Source: Lachnospiraceae bacterium (GTDB lineage Bacteria; Bacillota; Clostridia; Lachnospirales; Lachnospiraceae). From it: a stretch of 64,000 bases of DNA. Position numbers and translations under genes: made by a program. This document shows positions 47,001 to 56,504 of the stretch, piece by piece; within the stretch, counting starts at the first letter, position 1; every line of letters starts with the position of its first letter. The notes beneath the pieces are model-generated. The model did no database searches and had not been told where the DNA came from. It was given only the letters and a program-made list of their open reading frames with translations. Location of the stretch: assembly GCA_017470985.1 (NCBI GenBank), contig JAFUXA010000026.1:14922-78921 (forward strand), written 5' to 3'.

Positions 47001-47169
47001 ATAGACGATAGTAGAAAAGATTTTTCAAATTAGCTGAATTGAAAAGAATTAAATTGTCAAAGAAAGATTGATAACTTATTAGTGAGCTGAATGGGCGATG
47101 AATAAAAGAACAATGAATGGTTTATAGTTTATTGCTTAATGGAAAATGAAGGAAGAGAGATTTGATTGA

Positions 47170-47853
47170 ATGAGATACTCTAACATTTATAAGGGTAAGT
47201 TTATAAGTAGGCCTAATCGCTTCATCGCTGAGGTGGAGATAGATGGTGAAGTGGAAGTGGTACATGTGAAGAATACAGGCCGCTGCAAAGAGCTGTTGAT
47301 TCCTGGATGCGAGGTATGGCTTACAGCGCCTGGAAATCCCAATCGCAAGACTAAATACGATCTGGTGGCTGTCCGTAAGAACACAGGGGTTCTATTCAAT
47401 ATAGATAGTCAGGCTCCTAATAAAGTTGTAAAGGAATGGCTGGAAACACAGGAGTATGATGTGATTAAGCCAGAGTATACTTACGGCAAATCTCGAATAG
47501 ATTTCTACATGGAGAGAACTGATTCTCAGGGAGTGCTTCATAAGCATCTCATGGAAGTGAAGGGCTGTACTCTTGAGATAGATGGTATGGGATATTTCCC
47601 TGATGCTCCAACTGAGCGAGGTGTGAAGCATATCAGAGAATTGATTCAGGCGAAGCAGGACGGATATGATGTGACTTTGGCATTCGTTATTCAGATGGAT
47701 GGAGTGACAGAGGTGAAGCCTCATGTGGCAACTCATCCGGAATTTGGTGTTGCATGGAATGAAGCGGTAGAAGCGGGAGCCGAGATACTATTTCTTCCAT
47801 GTCATGTAGAACCGGAAGGGTTTGATATTATAGCGGATTTGGCACGGCGCTAG
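47170..47853 (+). CDS. sfsA: Sugar fermentation stimulation protein SfsA homolog
   Basis: FISRPNRFIAEVEIDGEVEVVHVKNTGRCKELL is the canonical SfsA N-terminus. Confidence 0.88.
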   Translation: MRYSNIYKGKFISRPNRFIAEVEIDGEVEVVHVKNTGRCKELLIPGCEVWLTAPGNPNRKTKYDLVAVRKNTGVLFNIDSQAPNKVVKEWLETQEYDVIKPEYTYGKSRIDFYMERTDSQGVLHKHLMEVKGCTLEIDGMGYFPDAPTERGVKHIRELIQAKQDGYDVTLAFVIQMDGVTEVKPHVATHPEFGVAWNEAVEAGAEILFLPCHVEPEGFDIIADLARR

Positions 47854-48038
47854 ATACAGTGGTTTTTCTTGATTTTTATAATAATGTCTGCATCTATGCG
47901 TCAACCTCTGCTTGATATTCGGTGGTTTTAGAAGAAACAATTCATTTTATCCGTATTTGCGGGCGAGGTTTGACTCAGAGGGCGGATATAATTGATGAAA
48001 TGAGTGATTTTATCTGCACCTATAGGCTATTGACTGCT

Positions 48039-48122
48039 TGAACGGGGATTTGCGTAGTATTTGGTAATAAATGAACGGGGATTTGCGTAGTATTTGGCGA
48101 TGAATGAACGGGGATTTGCGTA
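48039..48122 (+). repeat. Three tandem 33-bp repeats (ATGAACGGGGATTTGCGTAGTATTTGG...) upstream of the NERD gene
   Basis: Units start at 48039, 48071 and 48104. The core GAACGGGGATTTGCGTA is identical in all three. Confidence 0.9.
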
Positions 48123-48148
48123 ATTAATTGATAAATGAGGAGAAAATT

Positions 48149-49099
48149 ATGGGGATTTTAAGTAAGAATGAAGTAGTTATTTTGAAAAAATCAACTGCAT
48201 CAAAGGAATATTTGGCTAAGTTGCAGGCACTGCGTCAAAATGTATCTGATGAGGATTCCCTTGCAGATGAGTTAGATAAAGAGATAGCAATTGTGAATGC
48301 CGGAATATATGGCGAAGAAAGTGTACTATTTGAACTGCAGAATAGCGATATGGATTTGGTAGTTATACAAGATTTGTTTTTGAAAACAAAGGATGGTCGA
48401 ACTGCACAGATAGATTTCTTTGTTATAACACCATATGCAAATGTTATTATTGAATGTAAAAATTTATTTGGAAATATTACTATAAATGAAAAGGGCGATT
48501 TTGTAAGAACATTTAATTACGGGAAGAGATATTATAAGTCGGGGATATATAGCCCTATAACGCAAAACGAAAGACATTTGTCTGTTTATAAAGAATGCAG
48601 ACAAGAAGATAAAAATATACTGATTCGTGCAGCGTTAGAAAAGGGTATATCATCTTACACCAAGAGCGTGGTGGTATTGGCAAATTCAGGGACTGTTGTA
48701 CATGATAAATATGCTCCAAAAGAAATTAAGAATCAAGTAATCAGATGCGATCGTTTGATTCGATATTTGAAGTCTATTAAGACGGATGTGAAGTCTTCGA
48801 AGAAAGAGATGCTTGCATTGGGAGAGAAGGTGTTAGTTCTTGATGTGAAAGAGAGAACGGATTACTTAAAGAAATATCAAGAATTGTTTGATGAATATTT
48901 GGTAAATAATAATAGTGATATTGCTGATAGCGAGACAACAGTTGAGAGCGAAAATGATACTTGCCCATGGTGCGGAAATAAGCTGGTACTTAGAACAGCG
49001 ACAAAAGGAAAGAATGCAGGTAATAAGTTCTATGGTTGCAGTACTTTTCCTAAATGTAGATTTATAAGAAATATAAAGGGGATTGACTGTGAGAAATAA
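48149..49099 (+). CDS. NERD-domain protein with C-terminal topoisomerase-type C4 zinc ribbon
   Basis: NERD-like core (IDFFVITPYANVIIECKN). C-terminal CPWCGNKLVLR...FYGCSTFPKCRF. AGGAG SD before ATG 48149. Confidence 0.7.
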   Translation: MGILSKNEVVILKKSTASKEYLAKLQALRQNVSDEDSLADELDKEIAIVNAGIYGEESVLFELQNSDMDLVVIQDLFLKTKDGRTAQIDFFVITPYANVIIECKNLFGNITINEKGDFVRTFNYGKRYYKSGIYSPITQNERHLSVYKECRQEDKNILIRAALEKGISSYTKSVVVLANSGTVVHDKYAPKEIKNQVIRCDRLIRYLKSIKTDVKSSKKEMLALGEKVLVLDVKERTDYLKKYQELFDEYLVNNNSDIADSETTVESENDTCPWCGNKLVLRTATKGKNAGNKFYGCSTFPKCRFIRNIKGIDCEK

Positions 49100-49281
49100 A
49101 TATGTGAAAGCGTGGGACTTATAGCACTGGTAAGAAAGAGGAGAGAAAAACAAGGCCTATATATACACCTGGTGGTTACTATGACGATGTTAATTACATA
49201 TTGCTATGGAAAGGGTTCTAATTTTGGAATCAATTTTGCAATGGTAGAATATGGATACAATAGATTGAGGTGACATAAAAA

Positions 49282-49305
49282 TAAGGCAGAGAAATCTCTG
49301 CCTTA
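49282..49305 (-). terminator. Terminator downstream of the minus-strand pilin gene (usable from both sides)
   Basis: TAAGGCAGAG-AAAT-CTCTGCCTTA. There is a T-run on the minus strand (complement of ATAAAAATA). Confidence 0.75.
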
Positions 49306-49344
49306 TTATAACTATTTAGTTTAATAACTTACATATAATTACTA

Positions 49345-49737
49345 TTATGGAGTAGTAGAAACAGTTGCTCCACCAGAAAGTGACCAAGTCCAATCGTCAC
49401 CACTCTTGGTTCCTGTGACAGTTACTTTTTGTCCTTTTGTAATAGTAATGTCTCCAGAACTCCAAGGGCCGAGGTTTTCTGGTGTGATTTTATCAATAGC
49501 ACCGGTACTCTTTGTTGTGGCTGCAGTTTGCTTTGTTATTGTCGCTGCATCACTTGTTATAGCTTCAGCGGCTGCTTCAGCATATGCTGCACGGATATTT
49601 GCAACATCTGTGGCTTCTCTTGCTTTCTCTAACTGTGTTGTAAAAATTGGAATAGCGATTGCTACCAATACGGCGATGATTGCTACAACTATAAGCAATT
49701 CAGCCATTGTAAATCCTTTTCTGTTTAATTTCTTCAT
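49345..49737 (-). CDS. pilA: Type IV major pilin (PilA-like, 130 aa)
   Basis: MKKLNRKG|FTMAELLIVVAIIAVLVAIAIPIF has Gly-1, Phe+1, Glu+5 and a hydrophobic alpha-1 helix. AAAGGAGGAATG SD. Confidence 0.88.
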   Translation of the reverse strand: MKKLNRKGFTMAELLIVVAIIAVLVAIAIPIFTTQLEKAREATDVANIRAAYAEAAAEAITSDAATITKQTAATTKSTGAIDKITPENLGPWSSGDITITKGQKVTVTGTKSGDDWTWSLSGGATVSTTP

Positions 49738-50000
49738 AAGTCATTCCTCCTTTGAATGGTCATAAGTTTATAGTTTGGTGCGACCATCTTTCTTTCTAAC
49801 TATAGAATACTATTTTTTGATGGTGGCTTCAAGAGAAATCAGACAATTTTGATATTTCTCTCATTAACTATATCGTGGTTTATGTCGAAAAACTTAATAG
49901 AAGGATAGAAAATGATGAAAAACCCCGCCGAATCTATTCAAAGAATAGGCAGAAAATGGTAAACTAAACATAGGAAAGTATTTTTTTTATGAGATATATA

Positions 50001-50014
50001 GAATGTGCACATTC
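50001..50014. promoter_or_regulatory. Perfect 14-bp palindrome 30 nt upstream of the giant pilin start codon
   Basis: GAATGTGCACATTC. A T8 tract lies at 49981-49988, just upstream. Confidence 0.4.
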
Positions 50015-50043
50015 TAATTACAGATAGATTGGGGAGTTTGCAA

Positions 50044-53000
50044 ATGAATACAAGAAGTTTCATTAACAAACATAATAGAGACAGACTCACAAAGGGTTAC
50101 ACAATGGCAGAAGTTCTGACGGTTGTTGCAATCATGGGAATTCTGGCAGCGGTGGCTTTTGTGGGTGTTTTTGCATTAAGAAGAAATATGAAACAGACTC
50201 AGGCTGACAAGAATGCAGAGATTATTTTCGAGGCAGCTCAGCGTCAAATGGTTTCTGTTGTAGCTTTCGATCCAGATTCTACAATTACTCTGAAGAATAG
50301 AGCCAATGGCATTTATGCGCCAGCGGGAATTCCTGATGTTAATCTAGATGATTACAATATGATCCCTGCCGATCCTGTAACACCTGAAACACCTGGAACA
50401 GGCAGAAATTCCATTCAAACCCTTCTCTTAGAAGGTCAGGTTGCAGATGATCTCTATGCAGACGGATGGGTAGTGGAGTATGACAATAATAGTCTACAGG
50501 TTAAATCAGTATTTTACTTCGAGGATGGAGAATATAGTGATTTCTATAATGATGTAAATACTAATCAAACTCTGCGCCAAAATCGTGCGAAGCGTCTCAA
50601 TTATCAGAAAGAAAATAAGAAGGTAGTAGGATACTTTGATGGTTCTACTTCATCTATGAGTGACAACAAGCTCAAGGTATACGGAGTTGCCAAGATTGAA
50701 AATGGTGAGGAGCTGAAGGCCAAGGTTGCCGTATGTGCTACTGGTTCAGAAGCCAAGGACAAGGAATATCTCCTGACTATTACAACAACAGGAGTGAATT
50801 CAGGTGCCAAGGCAGTACAGCAGATTAAGCTTACAAATCTTATGATGGATCCTTGGACCAAGATGCGCACATCCAGCGTGACAATTGTCCTTGATAGCTT
50901 GAAGAACAACATGCAGTTCAAGGATACATATGGTTCTATCGCTGATGATGGAATTGGATTCCTGACAGACTCAACTAATGGTTTCATTACCATAAATGGT
51001 TTTGGACAGATTCTAAATACTGATGGAACTATAACAGATAGAAATTTCATTCCTGGTGAGGATGTAGAAATTTCTGTTTCTGCTGAAACAACTGACCATG
51101 CATTTACAGATTCTATGTCAGAGGTGAAGGTTACTACCAATTCATTGTACTATTCTAAGTCCAATGACCATGGCACTTATACAGCAGATGTGAAATGTGG
51201 TAGACATTTACAGAATTTAGATGTGGCTACATCAGGACTTAACTTGCAGGATTTCCTTACAGCTATGAAGTCAGAGAACTTCACAGAGATGAAGGCTGTA
51301 CAGGTTGATGATATTGATTTCACAGGTGATGAGTGGAAGGATACATACGAGACAAATGGTAGTGTTCGTAAATTCACTCCTATAATAAATAGATACTTGG
51401 AATCATACTCTGGCGGCAGCAAAGTCGGAGAGTACTACATTAAACGACTGATTGTGGATACAGCAGGCCGAACCAATGCAGGTCATTTCTCAGAATTCAG
51501 AGGAGACAAGATAGAATATGTAACTCTTATTGATGAACAGATCAAAGGCTCATCTTCTACGGCAAATGGATCTATAGGTGGATTGGTTGGTAGCATTCCA
51601 GATGGCATCGGCAAGGTAAAGATAAATGGTTGCCAGATGTATATGAGCGCTGATACATACAATCAGGGAATGGACGCAGCAAAATCTGATTGGATGAATG
51701 GCGCCAGAAATATTGGTGGCTTAATTGGAGAGAGTGGCAGAGAACTGGAGATTTCTCTATCTTCTGCTTCAACAGTAATCACAGGCGCGACTCAATATGC
51801 AGGCGGTCTTGTGGGAAATGCGGCCAAGGTAAGCCTGGAGAAATCTTATGCAGACTGCTACTTAGGCGGAAGCAATATCGGTGGCTTGATAGGAAATTGT
51901 GCAGACACATCTACAATCAACGGATCATTTAGTGCAGGATTTGTAATTGATCAGGCATTAGCAGCAGGTGGCAAGATTGCAGGTATGACCACATCTTCTG
52001 TAGCTTCAGTTACTGATTCATATACAGTATTTAGCTTTGGTGGAAAGCTTGATTATCCAGGCGCAGTAACATTTTACACAACAGTTGCTGGAACTGCGGA
52101 GCAGTCAGCTCTATATTATGTGCCAGCAAGCTTTGACATCCCTCAGAGCAACAAGATCGGTTCAGACAGAAGTGCCAGCGCAATGAAGGATTCAACCAAG
52201 ACTGGATTCGGCGCGGGAATATTTGCCTTCCGTACAGACACATCTTACGGATTCAATTCGGTTCCATATAAATTGACTGATGGTACAGCATCTCTGGTGG
52301 GATATGCTTATCCAATGATTATTTTGGAAAATGGTAAGACTCTCAACCAGTATGGTGACTGGCATGATGCAATCAGTAGACTGACAGTTAGATTCCTCTA
52401 CAGCGACCAGGCTTTGGAACTTAAGGATGCAGGAGAAATCACATTGGCGGATCCACTTATTCCTACTAATGATGGTAAATATTATTTCACAGAAGATTAT
52501 GCCAATGCTATAGTAGCGCACCAGGAGATTCAGGAATATACCAATGCATTTATCCCACAGCAGAACTATCAGCTGGCAGGTCGTGAGAAGGCGATTCTGT
52601 ACTGGGAGTTCACATACGAGGGACAGACATATTACTATGTGCCAGATAGCGCAGACAGTTATTTCCCAACAGACGGAGGTAGAAAATATCGCGGCAAGAT
52701 ATATCTGGCAAGCGATTGCTTAAATAATATTATGGCGGGAAATGTAGCTCCTTGGGAGGGCGTGACTCCACGCAATATTAATAATCCTTTGGAATCAGTG
52801 ACACAAAGTATTGATGTGTATGCCAGATTCTATATGACAGATACGATTCAGTATGTGCGCATGCACTACCGTATCTATAATGACAATACCAGAACTACAT
52901 CTATTGGTAGATACATCGGTAGAGCAGTTGTTGTGAAGACAGGTAATAAGTACACGATTACCACGGAAGCACATTCTAACGTAGGTGGATATCATTTCTT

Positions 53001-56000
53001 CGGATGGGCTACTACAGAAAATGGTTGGGATGCTGGATTGAATTCCACAATTCTGCCATCAGAAATTGCTCAGGAACAGGCACAGACTCTCACAATTACA
53101 GCAGATGTAATTGAGCGAGGAGATGTATATGCTATCTATGAGAAGATTGATAATTATCCGGTAAATGTAGAATTCTGTGCATATGATTCCAACAATGATG
53201 GATGGGGTTCTTCTATATATCAGCCTCAGTACAATACATATTCTACTGAGGACTGGGTTGGCGGTTCAAATACCAGACGCATCTATCTGCCAAAGACTGC
53301 TGATGTAGTAGGTTATGATTTGCATAAATATAATAATACCAATGACTATAAGGCTCTATTTTTTGCAGGGGATGGCACAAGGGATGCATCCAAAGATACT
53401 GATATAAAATACGACAGCTCACAGTATATATCTTTAGATGCGGCACTTGCTGCGGGAGCTGCGTATGTGGAAATTGACATTACAGCACCTGGCTCATATG
53501 TAGTGACTTATAGAGGTCAGGGTGCGAGATATTATAGAGTTGATAAATATTATCTCAACACAGTTAGTGGTGGAAATGCTTATACATATCATGATACTCA
53601 GCAGAAAGAGCGAACGGGAACAAGATATGATGATGGTATAGTAGGTAGCAATATTTCCAACGACAAACTGTTGCCGGATGACGATGGCTTTGAATTGGAT
53701 CACTATGGCGCATCTCATACACCTCTTATTGGAAATGTAGGCGATAATGAGACTTATGTATGTCAGGCTTACTATAGAAGAAAACAGTTTGAGATGTTCT
53801 ATGATTTAAATGGTGGAACATACAATGACGGCTCAATCAAAGGCTATCATACATTTGAGGAAGTACCTTATGGTATGCCTTTGGCGAATATAGGCTTCAT
53901 TAACCAGACTACAACAGGCGCTGTTCAACTTAACATGTCTGGTTGTGAATTCGGCGGATGGGTTTATTACAAGTATGCTGAGGTAATGGCTCAGGGTTCT
54001 TATGCTGGATTGACTGCATACACTGCCAATACTATGCCAAAGGAAGCTATGATTGCTGTAGCTCAGTGGCATATAGGACCGAATACTCCTGTACGCTTAG
54101 AGATTTATCGACAGGATCGTGAAAATGTTCTTGCTGGAACCAGCTTTAACGATTTGGCTGTGCCAAATGAGAACAAGACATATCTGCTACAGAAGTCCAT
54201 GGATATTACAGCTGCAGTAGACTACAATGCCAATAATAATACCAAGATTCAGAGGAAAGAAGCACTGCTTAATGCAGCAAACTATAATACATTAAAGAAT
54301 TTGATTATCAATTCTTATGGAACACGAATTAATAATGCTGATTCCGAGATGTATCGTCTGTTAAATGGTAAGGAGACACAGTACTACTTTACAGATGCAG
54401 TGACAACCAATCCATTGTTGCAGTGGGCTACTATTAAACCTGAAATTGTAAATGGTGAAGTGGTATTGAGACTGTATTATGACCGCAAGATTATAACTGC
54501 TACTTTGGATTATGGTTCTTCATCAAATTCTAATAATATGAACCAGTATGCAGAGCGCGATTTGACACAGGCAGTTACAAATATGGCTACAGATCCAAGG
54601 ATTACTGTGGAGTCATATCAGAGTGGTTATGGATATAACAGAGTGACTCGCTACAGAATATTGATGAAGGCTTTGTATGGAGCTCATTTTGATGAACCAC
54701 CATATGTATGGACAGATGAATTGTGGTTCAGTTATGGAAATACAGGTAAGAGACATTTAGAGAGCTTCATTGATGAAGTTGGAAATATTGGCGATTCTTC
54801 TAGCGCCAATGCAAGGAATGTATGGACATTTACATATAGTCAGACCAATGGAAATAATAACTGTAAAGTATTCCTTGAGACGATTGACGGAAGTGGAACG
54901 GCGGTTCAAATTGGTGGTACAGGAACTGCATATTCGTTTGATACAGCAAATTCAAATTATACATATAAGCAGTCCAACAATGTAAACAATACATTTAATG
55001 CTGGTACTTACCATGGATATACATTGTGGGCTAAACAGTTAAATGGAGGTGCATTAACATCTGCGACAGATGGAACAGGTTATGATATTGGTGATGCCAA
55101 TAATTTCTACTTCATCAGAAAGTCCGGATTGAACCTTTTCCTTAACCAGGCTCATGATGCAAGTACACATACGGACTTTACTCCATATGTGGGACGCTAC
55201 AAGGATGTATTTATTCTCCCAGATGAATCGCAGGTAGAGCATCCAACTGATCCGACTAAGTACACCTTTGGCGGATGGTATGCTACTTCTGATTTCTCTG
55301 GAAATCCGATCACAGCATTTACCATGGATGACCATGATGCACAGGTATTTGCTAAGTGGATACCAAAGGATATTACACTTACATATCATCCTGAGTATCC
55401 GGATGTTAATGATAATTCGGCAATATTTACGGAGACTGCTAAATTTAATCGTGAGGTTGGAGCGCTTCATCAGTTTATAACTGCGGAAAACGGCAGAATC
55501 CTCGTAGATTCTACCGGAACATATTATAGATATACACCTGATGGAGAAGACAGACCTAGCACCTATCGTTTCGACGGATGGTGGCGCAAGGATTCTGTGA
55601 CAGGTAAATACACAGTACAGGTTACAGGAAACGAAGTATTATACGATGATAATACAGACGTATATGCTAGATGGACTCAGATTGAGGGATATGCTTATCT
55701 GAAGATTAGATGTGTACAGGTTGATAATACATCAATTGTTCATGAGGAAATGTCTGCTCACAAGATATTGCTTGGCAGTCCTCAGTACATTTACGCACCA
55801 CTTGTAAATGCTGCAACATGGAATCAGCCAGGAGAGGATTGGAGTGGATATTATCCAACTCAGACTCGTGTGACTCAGACATTCTATGGAGAGGAACCTG
55901 AGATAGTATTCTACTACTCAAAGGGAACTGCTTTGAATTACACGGTGAACTACTTCGTTACATTTAAGCCTTATGGCACAACTGGTGGTTCTAATGAGGA

Positions 56001-56499
56001 GATTACCCTCAAGACTCAGGAATACATCCAGTCAGTTAATTCAGCAGTAGTAGTTCCACCATTATTTGACGGATATTATCTGACAAATGATGTGACAAGT
56101 GTGCCGGTTGCAAATAACGAGAGCGGCAAGATTATAGACTTCTACTATGAGCCGGATTTGCGAACCATTCAGATGGTTGCCAAGACTCTCTACGGAAGTC
56201 ACCAGAGCTTCCCGGAGATAGTTGTGGATGAGATGAAGTCAATATTTGACCTGTATCCAACAGCTTTGGCTGGCTACGAATTAGTACCGATGTACAAGCT
56301 ATATGATCTGCAGGGAAATGAAATCACACCGGATTACATACTTGCATCTGAGAAGGATTCTTATATGCAGAATCTGCCAAATGGCACATACAGAGCCCTT
56401 GGTAGAGTATATCTACAGAAGGACGGCGTAAATCTCATGGTATTGTGGGATAGCCCGAATTATGTAAACTTCATGATGGTAAATGATGACGGAGAGTAA
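50044..56499 (+). CDS. Giant (2,151-aa) modular type IV pilin-like protein: prepilin N-terminus + GLUG-like repeats + Listeria-Bacteroides-type repeats + MucBP-like modules
   Basis: MNTRSFINKHNRDRLTKG|YTMAEVLTVVAIMGILAAVAFVGVF (Gly-1, Glu+5). GGGGAG SD. Uninterrupted 6.5-kb ORF. Repeat motifs are listed in the findings. Confidence 0.8.
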   Translation: MNTRSFINKHNRDRLTKGYTMAEVLTVVAIMGILAAVAFVGVFALRRNMKQTQADKNAEIIFEAAQRQMVSVVAFDPDSTITLKNRANGIYAPAGIPDVNLDDYNMIPADPVTPETPGTGRNSIQTLLLEGQVADDLYADGWVVEYDNNSLQVKSVFYFEDGEYSDFYNDVNTNQTLRQNRAKRLNYQKENKKVVGYFDGSTSSMSDNKLKVYGVAKIENGEELKAKVAVCATGSEAKDKEYLLTITTTGVNSGAKAVQQIKLTNLMMDPWTKMRTSSVTIVLDSLKNNMQFKDTYGSIADDGIGFLTDSTNGFITINGFGQILNTDGTITDRNFIPGEDVEISVSAETTDHAFTDSMSEVKVTTNSLYYSKSNDHGTYTADVKCGRHLQNLDVATSGLNLQDFLTAMKSENFTEMKAVQVDDIDFTGDEWKDTYETNGSVRKFTPIINRYLESYSGGSKVGEYYIKRLIVDTAGRTNAGHFSEFRGDKIEYVTLIDEQIKGSSSTANGSIGGLVGSIPDGIGKVKINGCQMYMSADTYNQGMDAAKSDWMNGARNIGGLIGESGRELEISLSSASTVITGATQYAGGLVGNAAKVSLEKSYADCYLGGSNIGGLIGNCADTSTINGSFSAGFVIDQALAAGGKIAGMTTSSVASVTDSYTVFSFGGKLDYPGAVTFYTTVAGTAEQSALYYVPASFDIPQSNKIGSDRSASAMKDSTKTGFGAGIFAFRTDTSYGFNSVPYKLTDGTASLVGYAYPMIILENGKTLNQYGDWHDAISRLTVRFLYSDQALELKDAGEITLADPLIPTNDGKYYFTEDYANAIVAHQEIQEYTNAFIPQQNYQLAGREKAILYWEFTYEGQTYYYVPDSADSYFPTDGGRKYRGKIYLASDCLNNIMAGNVAPWEGVTPRNINNPLESVTQSIDVYARFYMTDTIQYVRMHYRIYNDNTRTTSIGRYIGRAVVVKTGNKYTITTEAHSNVGGYHFFGWATTENGWDAGLNSTILPSEIAQEQAQTLTITADVIERGDVYAIYEKIDNYPVNVEFCAYDSNNDGWGSSIYQPQYNTYSTEDWVGGSNTRRIYLPKTADVVGYDLHKYNNTNDYKALFFAGDGTRDASKDTDIKYDSSQYISLDAALAAGAAYVEIDITAPGSYVVTYRGQGARYYRVDKYYLNTVSGGNAYTYHDTQQKERTGTRYDDGIVGSNISNDKLLPDDDGFELDHYGASHTPLIGNVGDNETYVCQAYYRRKQFEMFYDLNGGTYNDGSIKGYHTFEEVPYGMPLANIGFINQTTTGAVQLNMSGCEFGGWVYYKYAEVMAQGSYAGLTAYTANTMPKEAMIAVAQWHIGPNTPVRLEIYRQDRENVLAGTSFNDLAVPNENKTYLLQKSMDITAAVDYNANNNTKIQRKEALLNAANYNTLKNLIINSYGTRINNADSEMYRLLNGKETQYYFTDAVTTNPLLQWATIKPEIVNGEVVLRLYYDRKIITATLDYGSSSNSNNMNQYAERDLTQAVTNMATDPRITVESYQSGYGYNRVTRYRILMKALYGAHFDEPPYVWTDELWFSYGNTGKRHLESFIDEVGNIGDSSSANARNVWTFTYSQTNGNNNCKVFLETIDGSGTAVQIGGTGTAYSFDTANSNYTYKQSNNVNNTFNAGTYHGYTLWAKQLNGGALTSATDGTGYDIGDANNFYFIRKSGLNLFLNQAHDASTHTDFTPYVGRYKDVFILPDESQVEHPTDPTKYTFGGWYATSDFSGNPITAFTMDDHDAQVFAKWIPKDITLTYHPEYPDVNDNSAIFTETAKFNREVGALHQFITAENGRILVDSTGTYYRYTPDGEDRPSTYRFDGWWRKDSVTGKYTVQVTGNEVLYDDNTDVYARWTQIEGYAYLKIRCVQVDNTSIVHEEMSAHKILLGSPQYIYAPLVNAATWNQPGEDWSGYYPTQTRVTQTFYGEEPEIVFYYSKGTALNYTVNYFVTFKPYGTTGGSNEEITLKTQEYIQSVNSAVVVPPLFDGYYLTNDVTSVPVANNESGKIIDFYYEPDLRTIQMVAKTLYGSHQSFPEIVVDEMKSIFDLYPTALAGYELVPMYKLYDLQGNEITPDYILASEKDSYMQNLPNGTYRALGRVYLQKDGVNLMVLWDSPNYVNFMMVNDDGE

Positions 56500-56504
56500 G
56501 AGAT

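Noticed and set aside
47001-49340. The sfsA-NERD segment as a mobile genetic element or defence island.
   Set aside because: - There is no integrase, transposase, recombinase, or flanking direct or inverted repeats.
- There is no tRNA at the border.
- sfsA is a common housekeeping gene.
- Only the NERD gene looks accessory.

The observation is kept only as a note on locus architecture.
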